A DNA stretch of 59,390 nt, filler included. It is 4 parts of 4 records of this genome, joined end to end, with 100 filler letters (N's around TTAATTAATTAA, not from the genome) between each part and the next. Parts side by side here need not be neighbours in the genome. Positions count along the whole stretch, not along the records: positions 53,782 to 59,390 come from SRR20825006_2861; 3 more parts are not named here. The stretch is one strand, 5' to 3'. Under the pieces are notes generated by a model. The model saw nothing but the letters and a program-made list of their open reading frames with translations. It did no database searches and was not told the DNA's origin. Below, in pieces: positions 57,669 to 59,390 of this stretch. Within the stretch, counting starts at the first letter, position 1; every line of letters begins with the position of its first letter. A program made the translations under genes and the position numbers.

Positions 57669-58126
57669 TAGTGCGCTCCTCCATGATGATGGTGATGCCC
57701 CGATGCAGGCTCGTTCAGTACGCTGCGCACCGGCGCTTCCACCTGCACGACATCGCCATCAATCAGTAAACTGAAATGCACCCGCTCGCCATGGCGCAGC
57801 GGCTGCTTCAAATTAATCAACATTAAATGATAACCACCGGGTACAAAGTCCAGTGTTTGCCCCGGCGCAATTGCCACACTGTCTTCCTTGCGCATCGCCA
57901 TCATGCCGTTGCGCTGCGAGTTGCTGTGAATTTCCACGCGGCCGGCAACGTCACTGGTTCCGGCCCGCAGCGTCACCGTTTGCGACGACGGATTGGTAAC
58001 CGAAAAAAACGCCGCGGTGTTTTTTTGCCCCGGTGGCAAGCCGCGCACCACCGGATCGCGCAGCTCAACAGCCGCTGCACTAAACGGCAAAATTGCGGTG
58101 AGTAAAAGCAGCCATTTGCGGGTCAT
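57668..58126 (-). CDS. Copper chaperone PCu(A)C
   Basis: Signal peptide; exact H-x10-M-x21-H-x-M motif (EIHSNSQRNGMMAM...GGYHLM); His-rich tail; TAATG overlap with DUF2333. Confidence 0.93.
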   Translation of the reverse strand: MTRKWLLLLTAILPFSAAAVELRDPVVRGLPPGQKNTAAFFSVTNPSSQTVTLRAGTSDVAGRVEIHSNSQRNGMMAMRKEDSVAIAPGQTLDFVPGGYHLMLINLKQPLRHGERVHFSLLIDGDVVQVEAPVRSVLNEPASGHHHHHGGAH

Positions 58127-58260
58127 AATGTTCTCCAGGTTTCGCGGTGCAAGACAGCACCCTCGATCTGACTTACCATGGGCGCCGTCGGAGGCTTACG
58201 CCGTGAGGCAACGCCGCGTATTGCGCCCTATGATAACGCCACTTTGCAGCGATAGTATTT

Positions 58261-59390
58261 ATGAACCGGTTTTTATTACTGTTTTGTATAGTCAGTGCCA
58301 GCTTCTTTAGCTACGCCAGCGACCCCTTCAGCCCCGCCAGCAATACCGACTTTAGCGCGAACGGCTTTGCTCAAGGCGCGCAGTTTTTACCGGTAGAACA
58401 AGCATACAAAGCCAGTGTTAGCAGTGACGGCGGGCTTCGCATCGATTGGCAAATCGCCGAGGGCTACTATCTTTACCGCGAGCGTTTTTCCGTAAGCCTC
58501 AGTCGCCAGGGCCAGCCCGTCGATGCCACGGTAGAGTTTTCACCAGGCAAGGTCAAAGACGATCCGTATTTTGGTAAAACCGAAGTCTACTATCACGGCA
58601 CAACACTGCAGCTGGACGTCGCCGACACCGCCAACCTCCAACTCACGGTGGTCTCTCAGGGCTGCGCTGACGCAGGCCTGTGCTACCCGCCTCGCAGTCA
58701 AACCTTCAGCAGCGATGCCCAGGGCGTGTTCACTGAAGTTGATACAGCGGCGTCTAGGCCCGCCGCCCTCACTGCACCTACCGAGAACCGCGGCCTGCTG
58801 ATCACCCTGATCCTTGCCGCTATTGGCGGCGCGATCCTCAACCTGATGCCCTGCGTATTTCCGGTACTCGGATTAAAGGTACTGAGCTTCAGCAATGCTC
58901 ACCAGGGCAGCCCGGCCAGTCACGGCCTCATCTACAGCGCCGGTGTGGTGCTGAGTTTTTTACTGGTCGCCGCACTATTAATCACACTTCAAAACGCCGG
59001 ACAAGCAATTGGCTGGGGCTTTCAACTGCAGTCCCCGCTATTTGTTTCGCTGCTCGCCAGCCTCTTTTTTGTGCTGTCACTCAACCTGCTCGGACTCTTT
59101 GAATTGGGCGGCAAATGGATGAATGTCGGCGCCGACATCAGCCGCGAACCCGGCTATCGCGGCAGCTTCTTCACCGGCGTGCTCGCCACACTGGTTGCCA
59201 GCCCCTGTACCGCGCCCTTTATGGGCAGCGCTATCGGCTACGCCGCCAGCCAACCACCCGGCGTCGCGCTGCTGGTGTTCGCGAGCTTGGGGGCCGGTAT
59301 GGCAGCGCCAGTATTGCTATTAACCCTCTTTCCGCAATGGCTGAAGCTGCTACCCAAGCCCGGCGACTGGATGTTACATCTGCGCCAGTT
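58261..59390 (+). CDS. dsbD: Thiol:disulfide interchange protein DsbD, truncated by window end (not in ORF track)
   Basis: MNRFLLLF.., FLPVEQAY, WQIAEGYYLYR, D.YFG, QGCADAGLCYPP, LNLMPCVFPVL, WGFQLQSP, ASPCTAPFMG, LPKPG.WM. Confidence 0.95.
   Translation, partial: MNRFLLLFCIVSASFFSYASDPFSPASNTDFSANGFAQGAQFLPVEQAYKASVSSDGGLRIDWQIAEGYYLYRERFSVSLSRQGQPVDATVEFSPGKVKDDPYFGKTEVYYHGTTLQLDVADTANLQLTVVSQGCADAGLCYPPRSQTFSSDAQGVFTEVDTAASRPAALTAPTENRGLLITLILAAIGGAILNLMPCVFPVLGLKVLSFSNAHQGSPASHGLIYSAGVVLSFLLVAALLITLQNAGQAIGWGFQLQSPLFVSLLASLFFVLSLNLLGLFELGGKWMNVGADISREPGYRGSFFTGVLATLVASPCTAPFMGSAIGYAASQPPGVALLVFASLGAGMAAPVLLLTLFPQWLKLLPKPGDWMLHLRQ

Overview
The window is not one contiguous locus. It is four contigs joined by three identical 100-nt artificial linkers (44 N + TTAATTAATTAA + 44 N) at 26556-26655, 43234-43333 and 53682-53781. 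Taxon calls are inferences from gene content and style. Segment 1 (1-26555; high-GC alphaproteobacterium, Devosia/Hyphomicrobiales-like) has core genes (L,D-transpeptidases, pyk, DUF1036, gapR, amino-acid racemase/Lrp, dxs, YcbK/MepK-like peptidase). These are followed by an accessory block: a P-loop kinase, a frameshifted RES-domain remnant, a GntR-controlled split-AtuA + peptide-type ABC importer + carboxylesterase operon, and a ROK-controlled sugar ABC importer. Segment 2 (26656-43233; Rhodobacteraceae-like) has a triple-PAS soluble chemoreceptor, a four-gene transglutaminase/DUF2126 ligase/circularly permuted ATP-grasp-alphaE/Zn-peptidase operon, an iron cluster (di-haem protein, imelysin, DUF1513) divergent from a Cys-rich unknown gene plus dps across an Iron-Rhodo-like box, then LysR, GntR and a TRAP binding protein. 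Segment 3 (43334-53681; Rhodobacteraceae-like) has the ychF 3' end, pqiA-pqiA-pqiB-pqiC, an RND pump and TRAP genes. Segment 4 (53782-59390; gammaproteobacterium) has mrcB, a PfkB kinase, PCu(A)C-DUF2333-YajG and dsbD. I saw no rRNA, tRNA, CRISPR array, transposase or integrase. The best candidates for uncharacterised systems are the AtuA/ABC/esterase catabolic operon, the peptide ligase/transglutaminase/peptidase operon, and the iron-box-controlled unknown-gene/dps pair. All family calls come from motif recognition, not database searches.
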